A stretch of 53,447 bases of DNA, from positions 1 to 53,447 of the forward strand of contig JAHDQI010000037.1 of assembly GCA_018433925.1 (NCBI GenBank), given 5' to 3'. The stretch's first letter is position 1. Every line of letters begins with the position of its first letter. The position numbers and the translations under genes were made by a program. This stretch comes from Phycisphaerae bacterium (GTDB lineage Bacteria; Planctomycetota; Phycisphaerae; Sedimentisphaerales; Anaerohalosphaeraceae). Under the pieces are notes generated by a model. That model did no database searches. It was not told where the DNA came from and saw only the letters and a list, made by a program, of their open reading frames with translations. Shown piece after piece: positions 35,925-44,222 of this stretch.

Positions 35925-36686
35925 TCATTTCTTTATTTGCTCGACACGAGAGATTCCCCCAATGTTTCTTCTGTTCCTGTCTTCCGCAGTGTAGATTCGA
36001 TCCCGGACAGGTTTTGGATTCAACAGGATGCTCATTTGGGACAGACTCTGATAGCATAACTTGGTTATGCCCCCCCAGTCTCTGTCCGCAATCTTCGCTC
36101 TGGGAGCGATCCAGGAGCCCCCGACGGCCGTGACCAAGTCCTCTTTCAAATAGCAAAGAAAATTACTCTCATCAATCCCTCCCAAAGGAATAAAACGCAC
36201 CCCCATGTGAATATAGGGGGCAGCCATACATTTTAAATAGTGAATGCCGCCGAAAGGTTCCGCAGGGAAAAATTTTAGATGTTTATAGCCATAATCTAAT
36301 ACGATTTGAATATCTGACGGCGTCAAAACACCCGGTGAAAATGGAAACTGGAGATCCTGGGCCTTTTCTAATACGGCTACATTGATACCCGGAGAGACGG
36401 CAAAGTTGGCCCCGGCCTCTTTCGCGTTCAGGAGTTGTTCCTGGGTAATTACCGTACCGGCCCCAATCAGAATCTGCGGCAATTTATTGGCGATATTCTC
36501 TATCGCTTTTAGTGCACAGTCTGTTCGTAACGTCAGTTCTATACAATGGATTCCGGCATCAAATAAAGTTTCCGCCAGTGGAAGAGCCTGATCCAAATCA
36601 TCCAACACAACCGTGGCAATAATTTTTTCTTTTCGGATTCGATCAAAAACATCTTCTGAATTATACGCGTCCATCATCGGCTCCAC
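35925..36686 (-). CDS. eda: 2-keto-3-deoxy-6-phosphogluconate (KDPG) aldolase with ~35-aa C-terminal extension
   Basis: GTG start at 36686, with AAGGAAA upstream. IATVVLDDLDQALPLAETLFDAGIHCIELTLRT, GAGTVIT, LKFFPAEPFGG and GGSWI match the Eda fold. ATG starts at 36677 or 36674 are also possible. Confidence 0.8.
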   Translation of the reverse strand: MEPMMDAYNSEDVFDRIRKEKIIATVVLDDLDQALPLAETLFDAGIHCIELTLRTDCALKAIENIANKLPQILIGAGTVITQEQLLNAKEAGANFAVSPGINVAVLEKAQDLQFPFSPGVLTPSDIQIVLDYGYKHLKFFPAEPFGGIHYLKCMAAPYIHMGVRFIPLGGIDESNFLCYLKEDLVTAVGGSWIAPRAKIADRDWGGITKLCYQSLSQMSILLNPKPVRDRIYTAEDRNRRNIGGISRVEQIKK

Positions 36687-36794
36687 ATAGTCGATTTCCT
36701 TTTGGACTCTGCCTGTTTCATTGTTTTCTCTTACGTAAAAAAACAGGATTAAGTCCCCTTTTTTTGCTAACTCGCATATTGCTTTATCATTTTA

Positions 36795-36861
36795 ATTATA
36801 GTATGTTATGGAAGTATAAAAACACCATAATGCGAATAATAAACACCTTTATGCGACACGG
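36795..36861 (-). promoter_or_regulatory. Promoter/operator module copy 3, in the eda / AraC-type regulator divergent intergenic region
   Basis: attata at 36795-36800 reads TATAAT on the minus strand and faces eda. The repeats aacaccataatgcga and aacacctttatgcga have TGCG cores at 36831 and 36852, 21 bp apart. The module ends 27 nt before the regulator ATG at 36888. Confidence 0.7.
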
Positions 36862-36887
36862 GTGAGTGGTTTTGCCGGAGTTCATAT

Positions 36888-38048
36888 ATGGAAAACTCTA
36901 AAAAAATCGCCTTGCTAATCGAAACCTCCACCTCCTACGGCCGAGAACTCATAAGAGGAATAGCCAGATATGCGAATCTCAATACGACCTGGATATTTTT
37001 CAACGAACCGCGAGGAATACTGGACAAGTTGCCGAGACTCTACAAATGGAAACCCGATGGAATCATCATGCGGGATACCCCTGAAAATATGAAGTTATTA
37101 AAGTTAAACGTTCCCACCATCGTCTCGATCAGATATGAAAAAACCGTTGACGGCGTGCCCAACATCGTTAGTGATTCAAATGCAATTGGAAAAATGGCTG
37201 TTGACTATTTCCGCGACAGAGGATTTACCCAGTTTGCCTTTTGCGGCTTTGAAGATATGCCTTGGTCGAAAGAACGTGAACAGGCTTTTGGAAAAGCAAT
37301 CTTGCCCAGGGAATTTTTATCTGTCTACGAAAGCAAAAAGTCAAAATATGACTATGACCAGGAGATTGAATGGCTGGCCGAGTGGCTTGAATCGCTCCCT
37401 AAACCAATCGCATTATTAGCTTGTAATGATATTAAAGGTTCCAAAATTATCGAAGCGTGCAAATTGGCGAAAATTAAGATTCCCCAGGAAATTGCCATAC
37501 TCGGCGTCAACAATGATGATATGATTTGTGAGATTACTTCACCTCCGCTATCAAGCATCTCTCTGGATATCATGAATGCCGGCTATGAAGCCGGAAAAAC
37601 GCTTGACAGAATGGTCAAGAAACGAAACGTTGAAAATGATAATCCCCAAAAAATTCTGATAAGTCCTAAGGCGATTATTACTCGAACATCAACCGATATT
37701 TTTGCAATCAGCGACCCAATTATTGCTTCTTCATTGCATTATATCTCTGAAAATGTAAAAAATGTTATTCAAGTCAACGATGTGGCGAAGTATTCAGGAA
37801 CCAATAGAAGGAATCTTGAAAGACGATTTAAGCGAATTTTAGGGAGAAGTGTTTACGAAGAAATCAAGAGAAGCAAAATTGAAGCCATAACCAAAATTCT
37901 GTTAGAAACAAATCTTTCTATTTCTGAAATTGCTTTTAATATGGGATTCAACGACGATCACCATATTTCCAGATACTTTAAATCATATAAAGGCGTTTCG
38001 CCTCTGAAATTTAGAGAAAAATTCCGGTTAGACGAAACCGGTCAGTAA
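36888..38048 (+). CDS. XylR-type transcriptional regulator (periplasmic-binding-protein-like sugar-sensing domain + AraC-family HTH)
   Basis: The N-terminal ~270 aa have a LacI/PBP-like layout (IALLIETSTSYGRELIRGIARY, ALLACNDIKGSKIIEACK). The C-terminal AraC HTH reads VNDVAKYSGTNRRNLERRFKRILGRS, then ISEIAFNMGFNDDHHISRYFKSYKGVSPLKFR. Confidence 0.85.
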   Translation: MENSKKIALLIETSTSYGRELIRGIARYANLNTTWIFFNEPRGILDKLPRLYKWKPDGIIMRDTPENMKLLKLNVPTIVSIRYEKTVDGVPNIVSDSNAIGKMAVDYFRDRGFTQFAFCGFEDMPWSKEREQAFGKAILPREFLSVYESKKSKYDYDQEIEWLAEWLESLPKPIALLACNDIKGSKIIEACKLAKIKIPQEIAILGVNNDDMICEITSPPLSSISLDIMNAGYEAGKTLDRMVKKRNVENDNPQKILISPKAIITRTSTDIFAISDPIIASSLHYISENVKNVIQVNDVAKYSGTNRRNLERRFKRILGRSVYEEIKRSKIEAITKILLETNLSISEIAFNMGFNDDHHISRYFKSYKGVSPLKFREKFRLDETGQ

Positions 38049-38068
38049 ATCAGCCACCTATTCAGCAG

Positions 38069-40708
38069 TCAGATGGTATACAGAGTCAGTCCGGTAAGGT
38101 CTTTTGGCTTTTCCGGAACGACAAAGGACAGCAGATAGCCACTCATCATACAGACCGTAATACCGATCGAAGCATATAACAGAACTGATATATCAGTTTT
38201 CCACTGGATCAAAAATAAAAGAACGGTCCCGATCACAGCCCCCAGAAGGGCTGCCGCAACACCCACCCGGCGCGTAAAGATCCCCAGCAAAAATAATCCG
38301 CACATCGAGGCGCCGAACAAACCCAAAACCGACATGAACAACTCCCATAACGACTTGATATCTGCGCTGGCAAACAACAACGCCAGGGCCGTACCCAGCG
38401 TCCCAAACAAAAACGTGCAAAAACGGGCCAGATTCAGATATCCTTTTTCTGTTTTTAACAGTGAAAACCGCTTGACAAAATCGGTAACTACCACCGTCGA
38501 GATGCTGTTCATACTCGTAGAAACCGTGGACTGGGCAGCCGCAAAGATGCCAGCTACCACCAAGCCGGAAATCCCAATCGGCAATTGGCGGGCAATAAAT
38601 AACGGAAATACGGCGTCATTCTGATAGGTCGGGTCCAGTTTTTCGGGATGCAACTTATAAAAGACAAACAGGGCCGTACCCACACTAAAAAATAAAAGTG
38701 TTGCGGGCAGAATAATAATCGCATTTGTCAAAATCGATTTGCGTGCGGCTCTGATATCCCTGACGGATAAATACCGCTGTACGACGGCCTGATCAGAGAC
38801 ATAAGGTACAAGACTTTGCCCGATTCCCCCAATCACCATGACCCACAGAGCCGTAGCCATAAAGCTCCTTGAGCCAAAATCCCAATTAATAGTATGAAAC
38901 TTAGTATTCTCATGGGCCATTGCAAAAAACTCACTCAGGCCGCCTTCAATATTGGTTACTATAATGACCAAGCTAAGAAATGCGCCGCCCAATAAAACAA
39001 AAGTCTGGATTGTATCCGTCCAGATTACTGCTTCCAGGCCGCCCATCGTGCAATAAATTATACTTAACACGCCCATAATCAGGATACATTGATGTACGCT
39101 GAGCGAAGTAATCGCAGACAGGGCCAAAGCCGGCAAGAACATGACAATCGCCATCCGGCCGATCTGAAACAAGACAAATGACAAACTCGCAAAAAGACGT
39201 GCAAAGACATGAAACCGCTTTTCAAGATATTCATAAGCGCTGGTAGCGTCAATGCGCCTGAAAAAAGGCAGGATCAAATACATCACAAACGGCGTAACCG
39301 CAATGGTCATCATATTGACCACAAAAAATGTCCAGTCTGTTGCGTACACTTTAGCCGGAATTGCCACAAAGGTAATCGAGCTAAGCATCGTTGCAAAGAT
39401 ACTCAAACCTGCGGCCCAACCGGGAAGACGCTGACCTCCCCGGAAGAAATCATCCGTATTCTTATTGCGGACAGAAAAGTAAACTCCCACAGCTACCATT
39501 GCAAACAGATAGAGGCCCAGGGTTGTGAAATTGACGATACCAAATGTTTTTTTTATCGTAACAGGAGTAATTTGCCATATCTTTGGTGAACGAACACGGG
39601 GTCGGATTTCCCCACTAACTATAATAAACGAATTTCCCCATTTGACCGGAACGGTGGCAACCTGATTGGCGGGCGTTGGGCCAGCCGGGATCCAGGTATC
39701 GGTAATTGTATGGTACGCCCATGCTCTTTTAGGAAAACCCGGATGGGTATCCTTCAGTTCTGATCCCTTAAAAAACAAAGAGCCGTCTGCTCCGCTAAGT
39801 ACAAAAATATGGCTCTGCCCGACATGAATGCCCGTGCCCGCCATTACACATGTGGGGATATCTTCACGTTTTCGCCATGGATTGCCTTTATTTTCGCTGC
39901 CAGCCATGGCGTTAAGCGGATTAAATTCATAAACATCCCGAAGGAATTTGGTTTCAGCGTGATCGACGTCTTTATCAATCCGCCTGCCGCTGATCACATA
40001 AATACAATCCGTAATCCCATTGTGCTGGGCAACCGTTAGATTAAAGGCACGAGACGGCCCCGGCCAGGAAGGAAGTGTCTTCCAGCAAAAATCATGACTC
40101 CCCTCCTCGGATAAATCCAGAGACCATAAATTATTCATGGCTGTATCTAAGTCGGTTCCTGCCTGCCCCCCGGCGACATAGATCGTATCACCGATTTTCG
40201 CTGCTGACGTATAGGCACAGGAAACAGGCAATGACGGCAAATCCTTTTTTGTCAAACTTCGTGTTTGAGGATCCCATGTGAGGCAAAAAACCCCGTCGAA
40301 AACCTGCCCGGAATCGCATCCGCCGATACAAATAACTCCCTCTTCTGTAGAGACGGAAGCCCCATAGGCAATCGAAGTATCAAGTGTACCTGCATCTATC
40401 CATTGATATGATGCTTCTAATTGCTTTCCAGACATTTGTAACTTTTCCAATACCCATATTTTGCCCAGCCACTGCTTTCCAGATTCCCAAACGGGTTGCG
40501 GAAAGTTGGCGCCCCCGGCAATAATTAATACATCCTGATGGACTCCCACAAAAGGTCCGGCCACACCCAGAGATTCGGGCAGATCAGGAAGAGATTGCCA
40601 ATCTAAATATCCTGTGCCATTGTCAATTCCCTCTGCCGCGAACACCCAGGAGCAATTTGAACTGCCGACCAACAAGACCAAGAAAGGGAATAGCTTTGTG
40701 TATTTCAT
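38069..40708 (-). CDS. Fusion protein: signal peptide + Kelch/NanM-like beta-propeller (about 39556-40708) + sodium:solute symporter (about 38069-39555); probable sialic acid uptake
   Basis: Signal peptide MKYTKLFPFLVLLVGSSNCSWVFA. The Kelch-like repeats carry GG..G motifs (IIAGGANF, ICIGGCDS, IYVAGGQAG, VLSGADGS). An SSS core follows, starting FGIVNFTTLGLYLFAMVAVGVYF and then FFRGGQRLPGWAAGLSIFATMLSSITFVAIPAKVY. The gene lies 2 nt downstream of the epimerase stop. Confidence 0.8.
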   Translation of the reverse strand: MKYTKLFPFLVLLVGSSNCSWVFAAEGIDNGTGYLDWQSLPDLPESLGVAGPFVGVHQDVLIIAGGANFPQPVWESGKQWLGKIWVLEKLQMSGKQLEASYQWIDAGTLDTSIAYGASVSTEEGVICIGGCDSGQVFDGVFCLTWDPQTRSLTKKDLPSLPVSCAYTSAAKIGDTIYVAGGQAGTDLDTAMNNLWSLDLSEEGSHDFCWKTLPSWPGPSRAFNLTVAQHNGITDCIYVISGRRIDKDVDHAETKFLRDVYEFNPLNAMAGSENKGNPWRKREDIPTCVMAGTGIHVGQSHIFVLSGADGSLFFKGSELKDTHPGFPKRAWAYHTITDTWIPAGPTPANQVATVPVKWGNSFIIVSGEIRPRVRSPKIWQITPVTIKKTFGIVNFTTLGLYLFAMVAVGVYFSVRNKNTDDFFRGGQRLPGWAAGLSIFATMLSSITFVAIPAKVYATDWTFFVVNMMTIAVTPFVMYLILPFFRRIDATSAYEYLEKRFHVFARLFASLSFVLFQIGRMAIVMFLPALALSAITSLSVHQCILIMGVLSIIYCTMGGLEAVIWTDTIQTFVLLGGAFLSLVIIVTNIEGGLSEFFAMAHENTKFHTINWDFGSRSFMATALWVMVIGGIGQSLVPYVSDQAVVQRYLSVRDIRAARKSILTNAIIILPATLLFFSVGTALFVFYKLHPEKLDPTYQNDAVFPLFIARQLPIGISGLVVAGIFAAAQSTVSTSMNSISTVVVTDFVKRFSLLKTEKGYLNLARFCTFLFGTLGTALALLFASADIKSLWELFMSVLGLFGASMCGLFLLGIFTRRVGVAAALLGAVIGTVLLFLIQWKTDISVLLYASIGITVCMMSGYLLSFVVPEKPKDLTGLTLYTI

Positions 40709-40710
40709 TA

Positions 40711-41952
40711 TTAATCTCTCTGTTTTTCGTTATTTTCACCCTTGCCGTTTGTCTTAGGCACAGACAGGACATTCAGTTTTGAATAACATTGCCACAAGGC
40801 CCGTGGTGTATGAAAAAAACCTTTGTAATTACCGCCTTTGCATGTGTGAGTCAGATTTCCCTGACGGTCGCAATAACCAAACCAACCGCCGACCTCATGG
40901 TCAACAAAATGGCTGTATGTATAGACATGCATCTGATTCAGCCAGTCCAGCCAGAGTTTGTCTCCGGTCTTCGTATATGCTAATACCAGCGCATACAAAG
41001 ATTCCGTATGCGGCCACCAGAGTTTCATGGAAGACTCCAATTGCAGGGTCGGCTTATTCTCAATATCCAGAAAGTAATACAGGCCGCCATATTCCGAATC
41101 CCATCCGTATTCCAGTGAACCCTTCAACGCCTTGTATGCGATCTCTTCGGCCTCCCTGTCTTCAATAAAATCAAGCATATGCAAAAGAAACCAGGCAACT
41201 TCAATGGAATGGCCGGGATTAAACCATCGCATCTCCGGCCAGTTCTCTATAGGTTTCCCATGCAAAGGGATATTTTCAACAAAAATGCTTTCTTCTTCTC
41301 GATAGTGCCGCTTCGCTCTATCGATCGTTTTCTTCATAATGTCCACATACATCTGCTGTTTATCAACACAGTTAAATTCAATCGCCATAGACGACAGCAC
41401 CATGATATCAGCCAGATTGCTCATCGGGATATTCCCGTTCATTACGGGCCTGTCCAGCAAGGCGGGTTCTTCGATCCACTTTAAAATATTCCGGAACAAC
41501 CCTGCCGCCTGATCTAAATATTCCTGTTGACCGGTTAATTTGAAGTATTCAATCAGCGCCAAGACATAAAATACGGCCGCATAGGGCTTTCTCTGGTAAT
41601 AATACGGTCTGCCGTCCCGAGTCAAACTGAAATAGACTCTTCCCTTTGAATCCTGTCCGTGTTTTATGATAAAATCAATCCCAAGCTTGGCAAGATCCAG
41701 ATACTCCCGTTTGGGTTCATATTCATTGTACAGCCGGGCAAACATCCAGGCCTCTCTGGCCTGAAGCCACATATATTTCTTATCATCGTACACAGAACCA
41801 TCCTTATCCAGACAAGTAAAATATCCCCCATATTCATAATCCGGCGAATGGTTCATCCAAAAAGGAATTACTTTTCCAAATAAATCTTTTTTATAAATAT
41901 CACAATACTTCTTGATGTGCATGGTATCAACTTTCCAGCATATAATTGTCAT
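40711..41952 (-). CDS. N-acylglucosamine 2-epimerase (AGE / renin-binding-protein family)
   Basis: An (alpha/alpha)6-barrel AGE signature: FWMNHSPDYEYGGYFTCLDKDGS, IEVAWFLLHM, WDSEYGGLYYF and GGWFGYCDRQGN. An alternative start is M11 at 41922. Confidence 0.8.
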   Translation of the reverse strand: MTIICWKVDTMHIKKYCDIYKKDLFGKVIPFWMNHSPDYEYGGYFTCLDKDGSVYDDKKYMWLQAREAWMFARLYNEYEPKREYLDLAKLGIDFIIKHGQDSKGRVYFSLTRDGRPYYYQRKPYAAVFYVLALIEYFKLTGQQEYLDQAAGLFRNILKWIEEPALLDRPVMNGNIPMSNLADIMVLSSMAIEFNCVDKQQMYVDIMKKTIDRAKRHYREEESIFVENIPLHGKPIENWPEMRWFNPGHSIEVAWFLLHMLDFIEDREAEEIAYKALKGSLEYGWDSEYGGLYYFLDIENKPTLQLESSMKLWWPHTESLYALVLAYTKTGDKLWLDWLNQMHVYTYSHFVDHEVGGWFGYCDRQGNLTHTCKGGNYKGFFHTPRALWQCYSKLNVLSVPKTNGKGENNEKQRD

Positions 41953-41961
41953 TCGTTCTGT

Positions 41962-44211
41962 TTATTTTTTAATCAATTCAGCGTAAAACGGGGAAGCAGG
42001 TAATCCTTCCTGATTACTCAAATTAGCGCAGGGGTTCGGATGCCACGCATAGCGAACCGCTGTAATACATTTTTTCCAATCGCCTTTTATGGCCACATAA
42101 TTTTCATGGATGAACGCATCTGCCGAATGCCAGACTCCTTTTGAATCCTGAACCTCAAAGCCCTTTAATTCGTCACCATCTGAAGTGGTTAAGCCACTGC
42201 CGACCGAATCAAATCTAAAATATATTTTATCCCCTTCCTTTTTTATATCTCGATTGAATATCGGGCCTGAGTACACAAGATCCGTTTGTCCATAAACATT
42301 GGTACGAGCCCACAGGCTTAGTCTCCTGCCTACTTCATACTTTGATTTTGGATGAACATTATTTTCCTCACCAATATCAATAGTAACAGCCATTCCCAAA
42401 GCAGGTAATTCACGCAAAACCTCAAACTGCATTTGTCGAAACAGCATCCAATTTCGATTCATATTCGGCAGTTGAACATAATAAAAAGGAAAATCTCCCA
42501 GGCTCCATTTTGAACGCCAACTGCAAATCAGGTTTTTGAACAATGCCTTGTTTATCTGCAGATCCCACGCGGTATCCGTTTCCACATCCGTCGCATTCGA
42601 TTCTCCCTGATACCAAAGCACGCCCCGGATTCCGTATGGGATCATTTCTTCAATATCCGAGTAAAAAAGAAACGTCGGCTCATAAGGATGATGCGGCAGC
42701 AGCCGTGGATCCCGGCCCGTCCGGTTCCCAAGATTCAGTTTCGCCCGGTCTCGGTGCCAGGAAGGGGAGTCGGCATCCAGCCAGTCTGCCGTCAGTCGAT
42801 ACAGCGGCTCCTGTTGAAAGGCCTCTCTCGGCAGAAAAGCTTCAATCGGCGCACCGCCAATCGCATTTTGTATTATCCCAATCGGAACTCCCAGGGTCTG
42901 AGCCAATTCCAGCGCAAAGCAATATCCCACCGCAGAAAAATCTTTCGCAGATTGGTTTGAACCCGTCTCCCAACAACCGGAATAGTAGCCGTCCAGGTTT
43001 ATTTTTCTCAATTCTTCTTCAGCAAAAGCCCTCTTGCCGGGTTCGGGATCTACCGTACGCTTCAGCAAACGGATTTGCGGATACTGATCCGCCATCGCGA
43101 TAAGCGTTAGGGCCTCTTGATCCGATTTTAAAGGCATGGCCATATTGGATTGCCCCGCACAAAACCAGACTTCACCAACCATTACATCATGAAATTCAAT
43201 CGTCCTGTCAGCCGTTACGATTAATGTATAAGGTCCGCCGGCATGCAAGGCGGGAAGTTCCACGCGCCAGTTGCCGTTGCCGTCAACAATGGTTCGGCTG
43301 CCCTGCTCAGCCAGTTTCACCTCTACCCTGTCGCCGACATTCCCTGTCCCGAAAACACGAATCGGCATCTCCCGCTGAAGCACCATGTGATCGTCAAATA
43401 CATACGGCAGGCACAAGCCGCCAAAGTCGCCCGTGATGGATGCATACACTTTTTTGGCGATCAGGGCTGCGCCTTCTCGGCTGGGATGAATTCCGTCTTC
43501 AGCATAAATCCGATGCTGTCGGTTTAGTTCCGTAAACAAATCAATGACCGCCAGATCTTCCTGCTCTGCAATAAATTCGATGATACCTTGACACTCTCGG
43601 ATGTTTTGTTGAATCGCCAAATAGGGCTCATACGGCGGCATAATCGGCATCAGAGTAGTCAGCCAGATTTTCGGCCGGCTCTCCAGTCGCCGATAGGAAT
43701 CGATCAGCTTGGTATAACTTGCCACAAAGTTTTTTTTGTGATCGGCCCACGCACCGACCGAACAGTCGTTAATCCCCAGACTGATAATGACCACATCAGG
43801 AGAAAACGACAGGGAGTAAGCATATTCCGGGAAGTTTGTGTAGCACCGGGAAGAACCCGTGCTGACCCGTGCACCGCGGCGGCCGAACTGACCCACTTCG
43901 TATCTGCTGCCAAGCAGTCGTTGGAGGTGGGCCGGGTAACAATCGGTTTCTCGGTCTTCCAGTGTAAGGCCGTACGTAATGCTGTCCCCGACACAGGCAA
44001 TACGAATCCGATCAAAGGAAGGGACCGGGGCAGCGCACTCTGTTTTGGCCGGGATTCGACACGTGAAAACCAGCACCAGGACCCAGACGGCCGCAAAGCC
44101 GGCGGCTCGATTTCCCCTGAAACCTGCGCCGCTCAGTTGGCTTCTCCCGACCCCCATTCGGTCTGTTTTCATCTGAATGGACGGTCTGTAACGACCTGCC
44201 GGTTTACCCAT
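41962..44211 (-). CDS. Two-domain sialate O-acetylesterase: N-terminal SGNH/GDSL hydrolase + C-terminal SASA (sialic-acid-specific 9-O-acetylesterase) domain
   Basis: The GDSL block is RIACVGDSITYG. The second domain carries VWFCAGQSNMAMPL (GQSNM motif). An N-terminal hydrophobic anchor is present. Alternative starts are M14 at 44172 and M19. Confidence 0.8.
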   Translation of the reverse strand: MGKPAGRYRPSIQMKTDRMGVGRSQLSGAGFRGNRAAGFAAVWVLVLVFTCRIPAKTECAAPVPSFDRIRIACVGDSITYGLTLEDRETDCYPAHLQRLLGSRYEVGQFGRRGARVSTGSSRCYTNFPEYAYSLSFSPDVVIISLGINDCSVGAWADHKKNFVASYTKLIDSYRRLESRPKIWLTTLMPIMPPYEPYLAIQQNIRECQGIIEFIAEQEDLAVIDLFTELNRQHRIYAEDGIHPSREGAALIAKKVYASITGDFGGLCLPYVFDDHMVLQREMPIRVFGTGNVGDRVEVKLAEQGSRTIVDGNGNWRVELPALHAGGPYTLIVTADRTIEFHDVMVGEVWFCAGQSNMAMPLKSDQEALTLIAMADQYPQIRLLKRTVDPEPGKRAFAEEELRKINLDGYYSGCWETGSNQSAKDFSAVGYCFALELAQTLGVPIGIIQNAIGGAPIEAFLPREAFQQEPLYRLTADWLDADSPSWHRDRAKLNLGNRTGRDPRLLPHHPYEPTFLFYSDIEEMIPYGIRGVLWYQGESNATDVETDTAWDLQINKALFKNLICSWRSKWSLGDFPFYYVQLPNMNRNWMLFRQMQFEVLRELPALGMAVTIDIGEENNVHPKSKYEVGRRLSLWARTNVYGQTDLVYSGPIFNRDIKKEGDKIYFRFDSVGSGLTTSDGDELKGFEVQDSKGVWHSADAFIHENYVAIKGDWKKCITAVRYAWHPNPCANLSNQEGLPASPFYAELIKK

Positions 44212-44222
44212 TCCGTTTCCTC

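Noticed and set aside
35848-36156. 102-aa minus-strand ORF overlapping the 3' part of eda in another frame
   Set aside because: It overlaps the Eda frame, which carries the family motifs. It has no independent start signal or recognisable domain.
39547-39554. Kelch-SSS fusion as an artefact of an indel in the A8/T8 run at the domain junction
   Set aside because: Removing one A gives a stop 17 codons later, and the only downstream ATG would truncate SSS TM1 to about 10 residues. The in-frame version keeps a full TM1 and a coherent topology. This is kept as a caveat, not as the preferred reading.
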